In this document: piece after piece, positions 1 to 11,800 of the stretch
How the letters are laid out: the number at the start of each line of letters is the position of its first letter
Numbering within the stretch: position 1 is the first letter of the stretch
Source: Somniosus microcephalus
Lineage: Eukaryota
Assembly: GCA_052327205.1 (NCBI GenBank)
Contig: CM126219.1
Span: 58,652,001-58,716,000 of the forward strand
Direction of reading: 5' to 3'
DNA: 64,000 nt
Made by a program: the position numbers and the translations under genes
The notes under the pieces: model-generated
Database searches by the model: none
Seen by the model: only the letters and a program-made list of their open reading frames with translations
Told to the model about the DNA's origin: nothing

Positions 1-382
1 ACCAGTACTGATCAAGCGACCCAGGGACTGAGACACGGTCTGGGGAGACGTGCCTTCCAGCCACAAGCGAAGAGCTAAAAGACTGCGGCTATTCGTGGTC
101 CGGCTAATCCGTTAAAAGGAAGTCATCGGACTTCCAAATCTTTAGGGAGGAAGAATGTTATAAATCTTATGATCCATGAAGAAAGACTCATGAAATAACA
201 TTGGACGGCCAGCTGGTGGCGCCGTCCAAGGAGTATAAATACTCGGGCGTGGGCCCAGCTTTCCCAGGACATTGTGTAAACAGGAACTAGTGAAAGATAA
301 CTAGACCTCCATGTTTTGAAACAAGTTGATTAAAGCCTTGCTTTATACTCGAACCAAGTGCGTAGTGAGTTTTATTATGTCA
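1..382 (+). mobile_element. LTR (probable solo LTR; 5' end at or just before the window edge)
   Basis: TATAAAT at about 234-240, ATTAAA at about 329-334, ends ...TGTCA at 382. Positions ~170-382 are a diverged reverse complement of ~2197-2420. Confidence 0.6.
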
Positions 383-1548
383 GGGTCATGGTCCAGGCGG
401 AGGTAGGAGGAGGTGTTGGCGAGTTGCCGTTTAGCCTCCGCACGGTCGAAGTCGGTTTGCCAAACAACAACAGCACCACCCTTGTCAGCAGGTTTAATGG
501 ATTGGAGAGAACGGAGTGCTGCAAGTTCAGAGGGAGGTAGGTTGGAGTGAGTGAGGGGAGCAGAGAACTGGAGGTGGCCGATGTCACGCCGACAGTTAGC
601 AATGAAAAGATCCAGAGAGGGTAAGAGGCCAGAGGGAGGGGTCCCGGTAGACCGAGAATTCTATTAGTGGGGGAAAGGGTCTGCTGTGCAGGGGGAAGAC
701 TCCTGGCCAAAGTAGGCATGGAGACGAAGGCGTCGGAAAAAGAGCTCAGCATCGTGCCGAGCTCGAAATTCATTGAGGTGGGGGCGTAAGGGGATGAAGC
801 TCAGGCCTTTGCTGAGGACTGATCGTTCTGGGTCAGAGAGGGAAAGGTCAGAGGGGATAGTGAAAACGTGGCAGGGGGTGAGATTGGGAGAAGGGTGTCA
901 GAGGAAAGTGAAGGGGAAGAAGGTTCCGGAGTGGCGTTGGTGTCCAAGAGTTGTTGAAGCTTGCAATCCTTGACACCTGAAAGGAATAAAAAAAGTTTTT
1001 TGTTGAAGCGTCGGATGAGGTGAAGGATGAAATGGAACTGCGGACCAGGACAGCTTTGAGATAGAGTGAGTCGGTGCTGCTGAAGAGAGAGGTCAAGAGC
1101 GTGTATGTGGTGACACATGGCATTGAGCGTGGATCTCAGGATGCAGCGAGAGCAGTAGTTCGAGGAACGCGGAATATCTTGGAGATATCTGTAATCCTGG
1201 GCGGGTCCGAAACACGAAGGATGGAATTTCAGTTGGAATCCACGTGGAGTAAGTTGGAACCGGAGACAGTTGCTGAGGAAAGAGGTGTGGCTGTGAAAAC
1301 GGGTCTTGGCTGATACCTGATCAAACTTGAGAAGGGAAACCGAAAGCAATGAAGATGAACAGGGTTGAAGAGACGAACGGAAATCACGTCGGAGAGAAGA
1401 GCAGAACTTCTTCAAGGTGGGCATTCCTGGAAGAGAGGCGGCAGTGAACCAAACACTAAAACAATAGCAAAATACTGCGGATGCTGGAAATCTGAAATAA
1501 CAACAGAAAGTGCTGGAAACACTCAGCAGGTCAGGCAGTATTGCTTTT
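383..1548 (-). mobile_element. Penelope-like element: 5' part of ORF preceded by a pseudo-LTR segment
   Basis: Minus ORF from MPTLKK (1424) continues, with frameshifts, into the typical PLE N-terminal RT region (SDPERSVLSKGLSFIP...FFRRLRL). 1460-1548 matches the Penelope 3' end at 54937-55015 and sits directly upstream of the ORF, as in a pLTR. Confidence 0.8.
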
Positions 1549-2196
1549 ACGTGGCTTCTTTACTTGGATTAAACTTCAGTGAAGTTCAGAGGAACTTTGC
1601 CAAGTCTTTGAGGGCTGATGAAATCACAAGTAGATGCAGAACCTCACTGAGGATTTTAAAATAGCTGTTGTATATTTCTTTCTTTTTTTGATTTATGGTT
1701 TAATTTATTATTTTGCCCTTTCTCTCCATCCTGAGATGTTGCAAACGCCCCACCCAGCTAATAGAGCGGGTGCTGGAGGCCTGCTCCCAGACCTCTGCCT
1801 CTCTCTCCAGCTAGGCTGAGGCTGAGGTGACTGGAAATCCAATCTTTCCCTCGCTCCTGCTCAGGAAGCAGCAGGCCTGATGTATCCGACTCACTCTGGA
1901 TCTCCCACACACCATGTTGCCGTGCCAACAGCCTCTTCAAATTCTTTTAATTATCTTTGTTTATCAGTTTTCCTCCATTTCTTCAATTTTCTCCCTTCTG
2001 TCTCCCGCCATCTTATCCAATCTTTCTTTTTTGCAAAAGATATAAAGGCATAAAGTGGAATGCACAGGCCTGTGCTGCAGGCAGAAGGGTGTCTGAAGGT
2101 TAAGCCAGATCTTGGGTTCAGCGGATGTTAATAAGATCCTCAAGCTGCATATTGTGGTTTACATTTTTATTCAAACTACAATATTGCCAACCCCAC

Positions 2197-2611
2197 TGAC
2201 GTAAGAAAACTACTCGGCACTTGGTCTGAGTATTAAATAAGGCTTTAATCAACTGTTTTTCAACATGGAGATCTAGTTGTGTCCTTCACTAGTTCCTGTT
2301 AAAGAATGTCCTGAGCAAGCTGGGCCCATGCCCGAGTATTTATACTCTCCCTGGACAGCGCCACCAACAGGCTGCCCAGTATTATTTCATAAGTCATTTC
2401 CACATGAATGACAAGATTCATGTCACCCACCACCTCATAAATCAGGAGACAAGCTCTTAAAAATCATGGTATTTGGTATAGAAATTATGAATTGCTATTT
2501 TTTTCCTGACCTGACGCCTCGCTGACCTTTGCTCCCGGACAGGAAGCGCGTTCCGCGACCTTTGCTTCCGGACAGGAAGCGCATGTGGCCGTCACTAACC
2601 GAGTACTGACA
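2197..2611 (-). mobile_element. Solo LTR related to 1-382
   Basis: Minus strand reads TGTCAGTACT...ACGTCA (TG...CA) with TATA and ATTAAA in the same order as 1-382. No TSD recognised. Confidence 0.6.
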
Positions 2612-2639
2612 TAAGAACATACGAAATAGGAGCAGGAGC

Positions 2640-3814
2640 AGGTGGATCGGTTCCCCTGCTGTCATGCACCCTTGCCATTGCACCCATGAGCTCCTCAGGC
2701 ACGCTGAGAGTCTGGCTATTCATGGCCGCGACATCGAGGTCCTCATCCGAGTCCTGTGCAGCAGAACTCCTGCGCGTACTCACCCTCCGGGGAGATGGCC
2801 CCCGAGCTTCCCTTCCCCCATGGCGTTGCTGCAGCCCGCTGGGTCCCAGAGCTTCACTCATATCAGCTCCAAACCCCCTGCTCCCCGCCAATGAACGCGT
2901 GGCCCCTGTGTCAGAAGTGTCACACTCGGGAGATGCAGGCAGTGAGGCGCGGGCTTCCTCTTCCTCCTCCTCTGCCGCGTCGCTGCCACTGGCAGGCTGA
3001 GGGACAGGCTGGTCAGCCGGTGGTTCACTATCTGAAAGCAGGAAGGTACAAGAGTGGCTTTAACATGGGGGCAGGAAGGGAGCAAGGACTGGAGACAGTT
3101 AGTTAGATTGAAAGTGTAAAAGGCTGGTGTTGTGAGGGGTAAGTGGTATGAGAGAGGAGAGAAAGCTGATGAACATACCATTGCTGTCCCCAAGGGAGTC
3201 GACCTCTGCAACGGCCATGGCGCTTACTACCTGGCTTGCAATGACTCTGTGGACTCTCTCCTCCAATTCTGTGAGGGGGTGCAGCTCCGCCTGTCCTCCT
3301 CCTGTCTGCTGTTGCTCTCGGTGGTTATGTGAAAGCTTGGCCTGCAAGAAAAAGGACAGTGTGTGAGTGAGTGTGCAGCCATGTGTTTGGCAGATGTGCC
3401 TACCATAGTTGAATAGCTGTTAATGTCTGCAAAGTGTGGGATGTGCATGTGAGTTTTATGAAATGGCCATAGTTGTTGGGTGAGTGTTGGGCATTTGGGT
3501 ATTTACACCGTCTGGGCACAGAGTGAGGTTGAGATGGTGGGATGTAGAGGTTTTGAAAAGCAGGTACGCACCCTGACCACCCGAGTGAGGTTGTTGAACT
3601 TTTTATGATACTGTGTATGTGTCCTTTGGACCAGGCTCTGCGATGACACGTGCTGGGTCACCTCCCTCCACACTCAACTAAACTCCAGGGGCAATGGCCT
3701 CCTGCCAGTCTCTGGAAAGAGCACTGCCCGTCGCCGTTCAACTGCACCAACCAGAGCCACCAATGCCTGGTCGCTAAACTGGCGAGCTCTCTCCCTGGGC
3801 CTCTGAGTATCCAT
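2640..3814 (-). pseudogene. Myb/SANT-like (MSANTD/NAIF1-type) transposon accessory gene, disrupted
   Basis: Exons 3814-3572 (MDTQRPRERARQFSDQAL...KKFNNLTRVVR, in-frame stop at 3674-3676), 3341-3179 (AKLSHNHREQQQTGGG) and 3031-~2640. GT-AG introns are at the same positions as in the 62470 gene. Confidence 0.8.
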
Positions 3815-4164
3815 CACAAATATTTGAGAAATAGTTGTAGGTGCTTGCAGGCCGAGGTCAAATGCTGCAATGAGCAGGGTGTGGCTGTGCAGCAAGATGG
3901 ACCCTCCCCTTTAAGAACTGTACGGCGCCAGTCTGTGTGAGTACAAGGCACCTGACATTGCCTGAGCTTCGGTAGCGTTCTGAGGTAGCGCCTTGCTCCC
4001 CGACATTAGCGCTCTAAGAGAGGTGCGTAGCGCTTGATCAAATCATATCTAGGGGCGCTGGAGACGATATTTTGTGGTCGGCAGCAATAATTAGCACCGG
4101 GCGCTAAACTTTGTGTCCAGTCGATATTAGCGCCCCAGAATGGGCGATACCCAATTTTTCCCCC
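2640..4164 (-). mobile_element. Harbinger-type transposon remnant carrying a Myb/SANT-like pseudogene
   Basis: Terminus GGGGGAAAAATT at 4164 (minus) with GC-rich subterminal GGCGCTAA motifs. The spliced Myb/SANT gene starts about 350 bp inside. The other end is lost next to a CR1 tail at ~2612-2640. Confidence 0.75.
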
Positions 4165-4216
4165 TCTGTTTTTACCTCTTCTGTCCAATCCCTTCATAAT
4201 TTTAAGCACTATAATA

Positions 4217-4858
4217 GGCCGAGAAATTAGGCTACTTTGCGCCTGTCGTTAGTGCCTCCGGGGGGCGCTAATGGGATGCAAAGGGCTTATTGCCAGGGCG
4301 GATAGCGCCCTCCGAGACTGATTTAGCGCCCCGCCACGACCCTTTACCGTCCTGCGACAGAAATTTGGCTGCGCCCCGTGAGGCTGCCGCGGGCGATATC
4401 AGTGCCAGCCTCGCGGGTCGCGAGCCAGGCCAACCTCCGCTCACGGGGCACTAATTAAAGGGAGGTGCGGCCACGACCCGCGTCACCATGTAATTTATTT
4501 TGGCCGACCTCTGTGGCGGCCCTTGACGTGGTCCGCCAGCCACAGTGCCACGCTGCCCTGGTGGGCTAGTGTGGGACAGCGGAGGTGCTGCAGAGCTTGC
4601 AGCGTCCCTCCCCTTTAACGGAAGGGGAGGGGTGCTGAAACGCGTCAGCGCTACGCGGAACGGCAGCGTAGCGCTCCGGCGTTACCGCGGTTTACGCCCC
4701 CGACACCACCACGAGAGCAAGTGGAGCGCCCAAGATAGCGCTGCGCTTCCTCGCCGGGGCGGTAAGCTGAATTTAGCGGCCAGGGCGGTACTTCCGTGCC
4801 GGGCACTAAATCTCCGGCGATAATTCGGTTACCGCCCCCAAACGGGGTGTAACTGAAT
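4217..4858. mobile_element. GC-rich Harbinger-type MITE, right terminus eroded, inside a CR1 fragment
   Basis: Begins GGCCGAGAAATT, has many TTAGCGCC/GGCGCTAA motifs and ends ...AACTGAAT. CR1 sequence (4170-4215) resumes at ~4859. Confidence 0.65.
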
Positions 4859-5183
4859 CACCTCAATCTCCTCTGATCCAACTCTTGTGATGATTTTCTC
4901 CCCAAGTATAAGGTTTAGTGATTTTTGTCAGTAAATATCAGAGATGCAATTTTCTGCATGCGTAAGAAATGAAGACAGCTTTCTGTAAGAGTTAAGGGAA
5001 GGCAAAAGTTCATTCAAATTTAACTAACAACTGAATTAAACACCAACTATCGTATACAATTCAGCCTACTTTTCAACACCACACAAAACATTGTCACTTA
5101 ATTCAGAAAAAACCCCCCATCAAAACATAGCAGGAAGACACAGGAATTGTCTGCACAGCCTCCTACTTGGCCCATTGTCATAC

Positions 5184-5490
5184 CTTACATCGCAACGTGC
5201 TGCTGAAAAGGTTCGATACAATTCGACAGCCGAATCCCCGCCTCAGCCTTTCTCTGATTGGCACTTCTAATGTCATTGTTGACAACGCAATTGTCTATTG
5301 GGTAATAATAATGATGTCAATCAAATCATTCACCGCCACTTCCTGTGACAATCCGTGATCTCCGACTACGCATGTGCCAATCTTATGACTGCTCTCAATC
5401 TGACCCCGTTTATTATCTCAATGATTGACAGGGAGTGATGACATCGTTCCACCGATGAGAGGGTGGATTTAGTGTAGGGGGCGGAGCGGT
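5184..5490 (-). promoter_or_regulatory. Putative CpG-rich promoter and non-coding first exon of a leftward gene
   Basis: Minus-strand CCAAT boxes at 5257-5261 and 5297-5301, ETS core CAGGAAGTG at 5337-5345, GC boxes at 5236-5243 and 5478-5486, donor AAG|GTATGA at 5184/5183. Confidence 0.45.
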
Positions 5491-5664
5491 AGGCAACAGA
5501 CTGGAGATTTTTTTTTCGCCAGAGCTGTGGCGGCGGAGATGAATAAAATAGGAAAAAAATCCTGTCTTTTCAGAGCTGAATCGCAAGATCGCGAGTTGGG
5601 ATAAATTTTCATTAAAAATCACACGTCTCGCGATTAAGTCGTGAGAGTTGGCATCACTGAAACA

Positions 5665-6188
5665 TCTTCTCTACGTCTACTCTATCAAACCTCTTCATAC
5701 TTTTAAAGACCTCTATAGGTCAACCCTCAGCCTTCTCTCTCCTGGAGAAAAGAGCCCCAGCCTGATCAGTCTCTCCTGATAGGTATAACCTCTCAGTTCT
5801 GGTATCATATCCTTGTAACATAGAAACATAGAAAAATAGGAGCAGGAGTAGGCCATTCGGCCCTTCGAGCCTGCTCCGCCTGATCTTCTATCTCAATACC
5901 ATATTCCCAGTCTCGCCCCATACCCCTTGATAGCTTTTGTGTCTAGAAATCTATCTATCTCCTTCTTAAATATATTCAGTGACTTGGCCTCCACAGCCTT
6001 CTGTGGTAGAGAATTCCACAGGTTCACCACCCTCTGAGTGAAGAAATTTCTCCTCATCTCTGTCCCAAATTTCCTACCCGGTATCCTGAGACTGTGACCC
6101 CTCGTTCTAGACCCCCCAGCCAGGGGAAACATCCTCCCTGCATCCAGTCTGTCTAGCCTTGACAGAATTTTATACGCTTCAATGAGAT
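5665..6188 (-). mobile_element. Two CR1 LINE fragments (older 5665-5815; 3' end 5818-6188)
   Basis: CR1 ORF2 C-terminus (DLIEAYKIL...[17 protein letters not shown]) and CR1 3' UTR with TTCTATGT tail. Confidence 0.9.
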
Positions 6189-6985
6189 CTTTTTGCACCT
6201 TCTGTGCACAATTGGCTGTGGAGCGCTTTGGGAGGGCCTGATGTAAATTATTATCTTTATAATATGGCAGCACGTTACAGTATCCGCAACCTGGGCTCCT
6301 ACCCCACAAGGCTCAACGCTCAGTGCTGCTGGAGGGGGTCAGGGCCTGCCGGTCTCTCCATAATATTGTACTCTCCATAAACCAAATTAATTTAAGGCTT
6401 CAATACTTGACTTGGTTCCAAAAAAAAGATGGGCTCCACCCTGGGGCCGGGGCCAGGGCCGGAGGGGAGGAACGTGAGTGCGGCTCCCTCTGCTCAGAGG
6501 GAGGAGGAGGAGGAGGAGGTGGCTCGCTTGGTTGATTGTTCGTTATGGATGCTACGGAAAGCCCTCTGAAAAGGTTTTTTTTTTCGCTCATGCGCAAGTT
6601 GCATATTTATTTCCCCCCCAAAATCCCGAGATTTAGGCATTCCATCGTGAGATTGCGAGTGATGCTTTATTTCACTCCGAAATCGCGTTTCTCACGATGG
6701 ATACGTGAGAGTTGGCAATACTGAAACTATTCAATTCATGATTGCTTGCATGGGTTACCTAGGTAGAGTACGCTGTCATTTTTGGCATTACAGCTTGACT
6801 GGTGTTTCTAACTCCTCTCTCATGTATCCCATCCTTTTCATAACCTTTTACTGTCTGACTGCTTGCATTTCCCAAAATAACCCAGCCCAGCTGTCCTATG
6901 AATCTAACCTCTTGAGAGCTACGTTTAGCACTTTAACATATATTACAGCACAGTCCCGCTATGATGGCATAGTCAGAACGCAGAG

Positions 6986-7664
6986 AGCATGCAGGTACAA
7001 CAAGCAATTAGGAACGCAAATGGCATGTTGGCCTTCATTGCAAGGGGGATGGAGTACAAGAGTGAGGAAGTCTTGCTACAATTGTACAGGGCTCTGGTGA
7101 GATCACACCTGGAGCACTGTGCACAGTTTTGGTCTCCTTATTTAAGGAAGGATATACTTGCCTTGGAGGCGGTGCAACGAAGGTTCACTAGATCGATCCC
7201 TGGGATGAGAGGGTTGTCCTATGAGGAGAGATTGTGTAGAATGGGCCTATACTCTCTGGAGTTTAGAAGAATGAGAGGTGATCTCATTGAAACATATAAG
7301 ATTCTGAGGGGGATTGACAGGGTAGATGCTGAGAGGTTGTTTCCCCTGGCTGGAGAAACTAGAACTAGGGGGCATAGTCTCAGGATAAGGGGCCAGCCTT
7401 TTAAGACTGAGATGAGGAGGAATTTCTTCACTCAGAGGTTTGTGAATCTTTGGAATTCTCTGCCCCAAAGTGCTGTAGATGCTCAGTCATTGAGTATATT
7501 CAAGGCTGAGAGCGATAGATTTTTAGACTCCAGAGGAATTAAGGGATATGGGGATCGGACAGGAAGGTGGAGTTGAGGTTGAAAATCAGCCATGATCTTA
7601 TTGAATGGCGGAGCAGGCTTGAGGGGCCGTATGGCCTACTCCTGTTCCTATGTCTTATGTTCTT
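6986..7664 (+). mobile_element. CR1 LINE, 5'-truncated
   Basis: ORF 6989-7576 is the CR1 ORF2 C-terminus (LYRALVRSHLEHCAQFWSP), followed by the 3' UTR and tail. Confidence 0.92.
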
Positions 7665-8569
7665 AAATCGTGAAAAGTGACACCCGACAAGAGAAATTCT
7701 GCTTACGCCAACTTTGATCCATTCACAGCCTTTTGCTCCATTGCTGGTGGTGCTGAGATTCAGATGAGTTGCTACTATCTGCCTGTTCAGTGCGATGTTA
7801 CAGATTCCACGGCACTACATGAAGAATGGGGAGTGTTCCTGATATTCTGGACAACATCCTTCCTTCAACCAGTACCACAAAAACACATGGACTGATCATT
7901 CATCACAGCGCTGTTTGTGGGATCTTGCTGTGTGCAGAATGGCTGCCATGTTTGCCCCCATTACAACAGTTTAATATGTGTGAGTATGTGTGTGTGAGCT
8001 TATGTGTGTGTGAGTATATGTGCGTGTGAGTATATGTGTGAGTGTCGGTGAGTGTTTGTTTTAAAAGAGAATGACTTATTGCAATTTAGAAAAAAATAAT
8101 TTTACAAATGAAGGTTTTTAATACACTAACTCATTTGGTCATGTTCCCCTCCAAACTAGCTGTAGTGATGGATGGGCTAACAGGCCAAACAGATCCATTA
8201 TTCTCCCACATGCTGCAAGTGATAGGTATGTGAAGATGTGTAGTTAACAGCTTCCTGCAGTGAAGGCAAGATATTTTCCTTGCTATTCATTTTAAAACAA
8301 ATGAAATGATTTATTTTGGATTGACAGATTGACTGGCGGTTGAACCATGCTCTTTGTGACAGCACCAGTCCAGCTGTAATGGCCCCTTTAACAGCTCAAA
8401 GGTCAATTCAAGGTAACAATTCTTTGTCCTCGCGAGCCTTGGTTTTAATCCAGATCTTCTCCCTCTGCTGGTTGTAATGGACTGTCTCAACTCAGCTCCC
8501 ATTGGATGTGAACTCACAGCACATGCTAGCATACATAATCCCAACAGAGTGCAAGTGGCAGCTGTCTGC

Positions 8570-8792
8570 TCACCTACCACTCCTGTCCTCGCTGAGATAC
8601 ATTGGCTCTCGGTACCCAATACCTCCAATTTAAATTTTTCATCCCTGTGCTTACATCCCTCCATGGCCTCGTCCCGCCCTATCTCTGTAACATCCTCCAG
8701 CCCTACAAATCCCCTCCGCCTCCCCTCCCAACTATCTGTTCCTCTGACTCTGGCCTTTGGTGCACCGCCCCATCCCTTCGCTCCACCATTCG
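8570..8792 (+). mobile_element. L2 LINE 3' fragment
   Basis: Encodes TPVLAEIHWL and LHGLVPPYLCNILQPY, typical of the L2 ORF2 C-terminus. Confidence 0.75.
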
Positions 8793-8899
8793 GCTCAAAG
8801 GAATATTCCCAGCTAAAGTAACTGAATGTTGCCGTTTCTTTTCCTAGTGACCTTTATCTAATTTCAAGATTAATGTGCCACGTGTGGTTTGATTCCCTC

Positions 8900-11800
8900 T
8901 GTAAAGTCTGTGTGTTATATGGCGAATTAATACACAGACTACAAGAGTAACTTTAACAGGACTTTACTATTCGAAGGTCAGGGCGAATCTGCCCAATAAA
9001 TCCTTACACAGCACTTATATACTGGTGTGGTCACCACCGGTATTACAGTATACAGTAGCCAAGATAAAGTAGTGCAACCCTTAAAATAGTTCTCTTAAAG
9101 GTGGAACGTTACATACACTACAATCCTCCCTTTTTAGGTTAACAGTATATATATATTCCCATTAATATAACATCATAACATATATACAACTTTATGTAAA
9201 ACAGTTCACAGATTCAGTCTCTCTGGAGGCTTCCTGACTCTGTCCGGATAACGCCTTGGTGGTGTAGTAGTTTTCGGTGGTGTAGTAGGTTCTTCTGGCA
9301 AGGTCGATTCTGCTTGAAGGACAGTGTCAGGTTCATCTGATTCCAGTATTACCGGATCGGAGGTAGATGCTCTGGGTATCTCTGCTTCAACATTAGGCGT
9401 ATAGAGTTGTGGAGTAGGTTGGCCCTTTGTGGATGACTCTATGATCTGGTCAACATGGCGCCTTATTATGCTTTCACCAATGTCCACGGTATACATCAGC
9501 GGTCCTAGCCTTTTTCCAATAGTTCCAGGCTGCCATTTCTCGGTACGATAGTCCCGGGCCAAAACTTGTTGACCTATCTGGAAGGTTCTAGTTGGCCTTT
9601 CATTCATGCCTTGAAATTGCCGGTTCTCTACGTCCCTTCTGACGTTTGGCTTAATCAAATCCAGCCGGCATCTTAGTCTTCTATTGAAAAACATCATGGC
9701 GGGAGTTTGGTTTGTGACCGCATGTGTTGCATTCCTGTACGCCAACAAGAAGTTATCTACCTTATGTTGTAGATTTATGTCTTCATTACCCATGTAAAAA
9801 GTCACACAACACCATGGCCTTTATGGCCTTCTTGAAGGTCTGGACAAACCTTTCAGCTAATCCATTGGTGGCGGGATGGTATGGGGCGGACGTGTAGTGC
9901 TTAACCCCATTGCTTTTTAAGAACTTCCTGAATTCTTCGGACACAAATTGCGGTCCATTATCAGAACAGATCTGTTCCGGCAGCCCATTCCTGGCAAATA
10001 TGGTCCTTAATACTGTGATGGTTTTTTCCGTGGTGGTGGAGGACATCTTTATTACCTCCGGCCACTTGGAGTGTGCATCCACCGCGATTAAAAACATTGA
10101 GTCCATAAATGGACCAGCAAAGTCGATATGTACCCTTTGCCATGGAGATGAGGGCCACTCCTATGGATGCAGAGGAGCTTGTGGTGGGGCGTTTTGGACC
10201 TTCTGGCATCCTAGACAGCTCTTGGTTATTTCTTCGATGTCTCCATCAATACCTGGCCACCACACAAACGCTCTGGCTAGGTTCTTCATTTTCACTCCAC
10301 CCAGATGCCCCTCATGAAGCTCCTTTAGCACTTTATGCTGGAGTTTGGGTGGAATCACCACTCTAGATCCACACATCAAGGTTCCTCGGCACACTGACAG
10401 CTGTTCTCTTCTTTGCGAAAATGCTGGCAACATTGGTTCGCCATGTGCTGGCCATCCCTCCACCGTTAAATCGTAGACTCGTGAGAGAGTCGGGTCATTT
10501 CTTGTTTCCTTTTCGATCATAGAATTTGTTACTGGTAGACATTCCACTATGGTTGAGTGGAACATCTCCACTGGGTCCACTGTAGTCGCCTCTTCTACCA
10601 CTGGCAACGGTAAGCGCGATATCCCATCAGCATTTCCATGCTGTTTGGACCTTTTGTATTCGATGTCATATTGGTGTGCCCCGAGTAACACGGACCACCT
10701 CTGTAGCCTTTGCGCTGTCATAGTGGAAACGGCCTTGTTAGGGTTGAATATGGATACCAACGGCTGGTGGTCTGTCAGCAATGTAAACTTCTTGCCCTGC
10801 AGGTAATGATTGAATTTCTTTACTCCCCACACAAGGCTGAGAGCCTCCCTATCTATCTGAGCATAATTACGCTCAGCGGAGGTCAATGATCGGGATGCAA
10901 ATGCGACTGGTCTTTCCGAGCCATTTGGCAACTTGTGTGAGAGTACTGCTCCAATACCATAAGGGGAAGCATCACAAGCTAGACGAAGAGGTAGCGTTGG
11001 ATTGAAGTGAGCCAACACTTCCTCAGAGGTGATCAATGCCTTGCTTTTGCGAAAGGCCTTCTTACAGTCCTCGCTCCACTTCCATGGTACTTCTTTCCGC
11101 AACAGAGCATTCAGCGGGTGCAGCACCGTGGATAGATTTGGCAGAAACTTATGGTAATAGTTAATCAACCTCAGAAACGACCTCAACTGTGATACATTTT
11201 CCGGAGCGGGGGCCTTCACGACAGCTTCGATCTTTTCAGGTGACTTGTGCAGGCCCTCTTAGTCAATGACATGACCACAGTACGAGATCCGTTTCTGGAA
11301 GAACTCACATTTCTGGCGGTTAGCTCGAAGGCCATATTCCTTCAACCTGGTGAGCACCAGTTTCAAATTTGTGAGGTGTTCCTCCTCGTCCTCTCCCGTA
11401 ATCAGGATATCGTCCAAGTAACACTGAGTGCTTGGAATACCCTGTAAGACCTGCTCCATGGCCCTCTGCCAAATTGCTGGAGCCGAAGCCACTCCAAAAG
11501 CCAGTCTATTATATCGATACAAGCCTCTGTGCGTGTTGATTGTGAGATACTGGCGCGACTCTTCCTCGACTTCCATCTGTAAGTATGCTTGCGCCAGGTC
11601 TATCTTGGTGAAGTGTTTCCTGCCAGACAATGAAGCAAAGATATCTTCAATCCGCGGAAGCGGGTATTGTACCGTGTGAAGCACCGGATTAACTGTGATC
11701 TTGAAGTCTCCGCAGATGCGGACCTTCCCCGGTCCCCCTGACTTGTTACTTGATGAAGACTTCATGACGGGAACAATGGGCGTGGCCCACTCACTCCAGT

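Noticed and set aside
6400-6723. Pro-rich minus ORF and CpG-rich patch as a possible first exon
   Set aside because: No convincing donor. It ends in GTGAGAGTTGGCA(A/T)(T/C)ACTG, also found at 5641-5659, which looks like a DNA-transposon terminus. The TCGCGA motifs nearby are likely repeat-derived.
8290-8560. Possible conserved enhancer or exon (also 1730-1940, 14830-15060, 28380-28750, 41620-41900)
   Set aside because: Unique-looking sequence, but no supportable splice or ORF structure. Conservation cannot be assessed without alignments.
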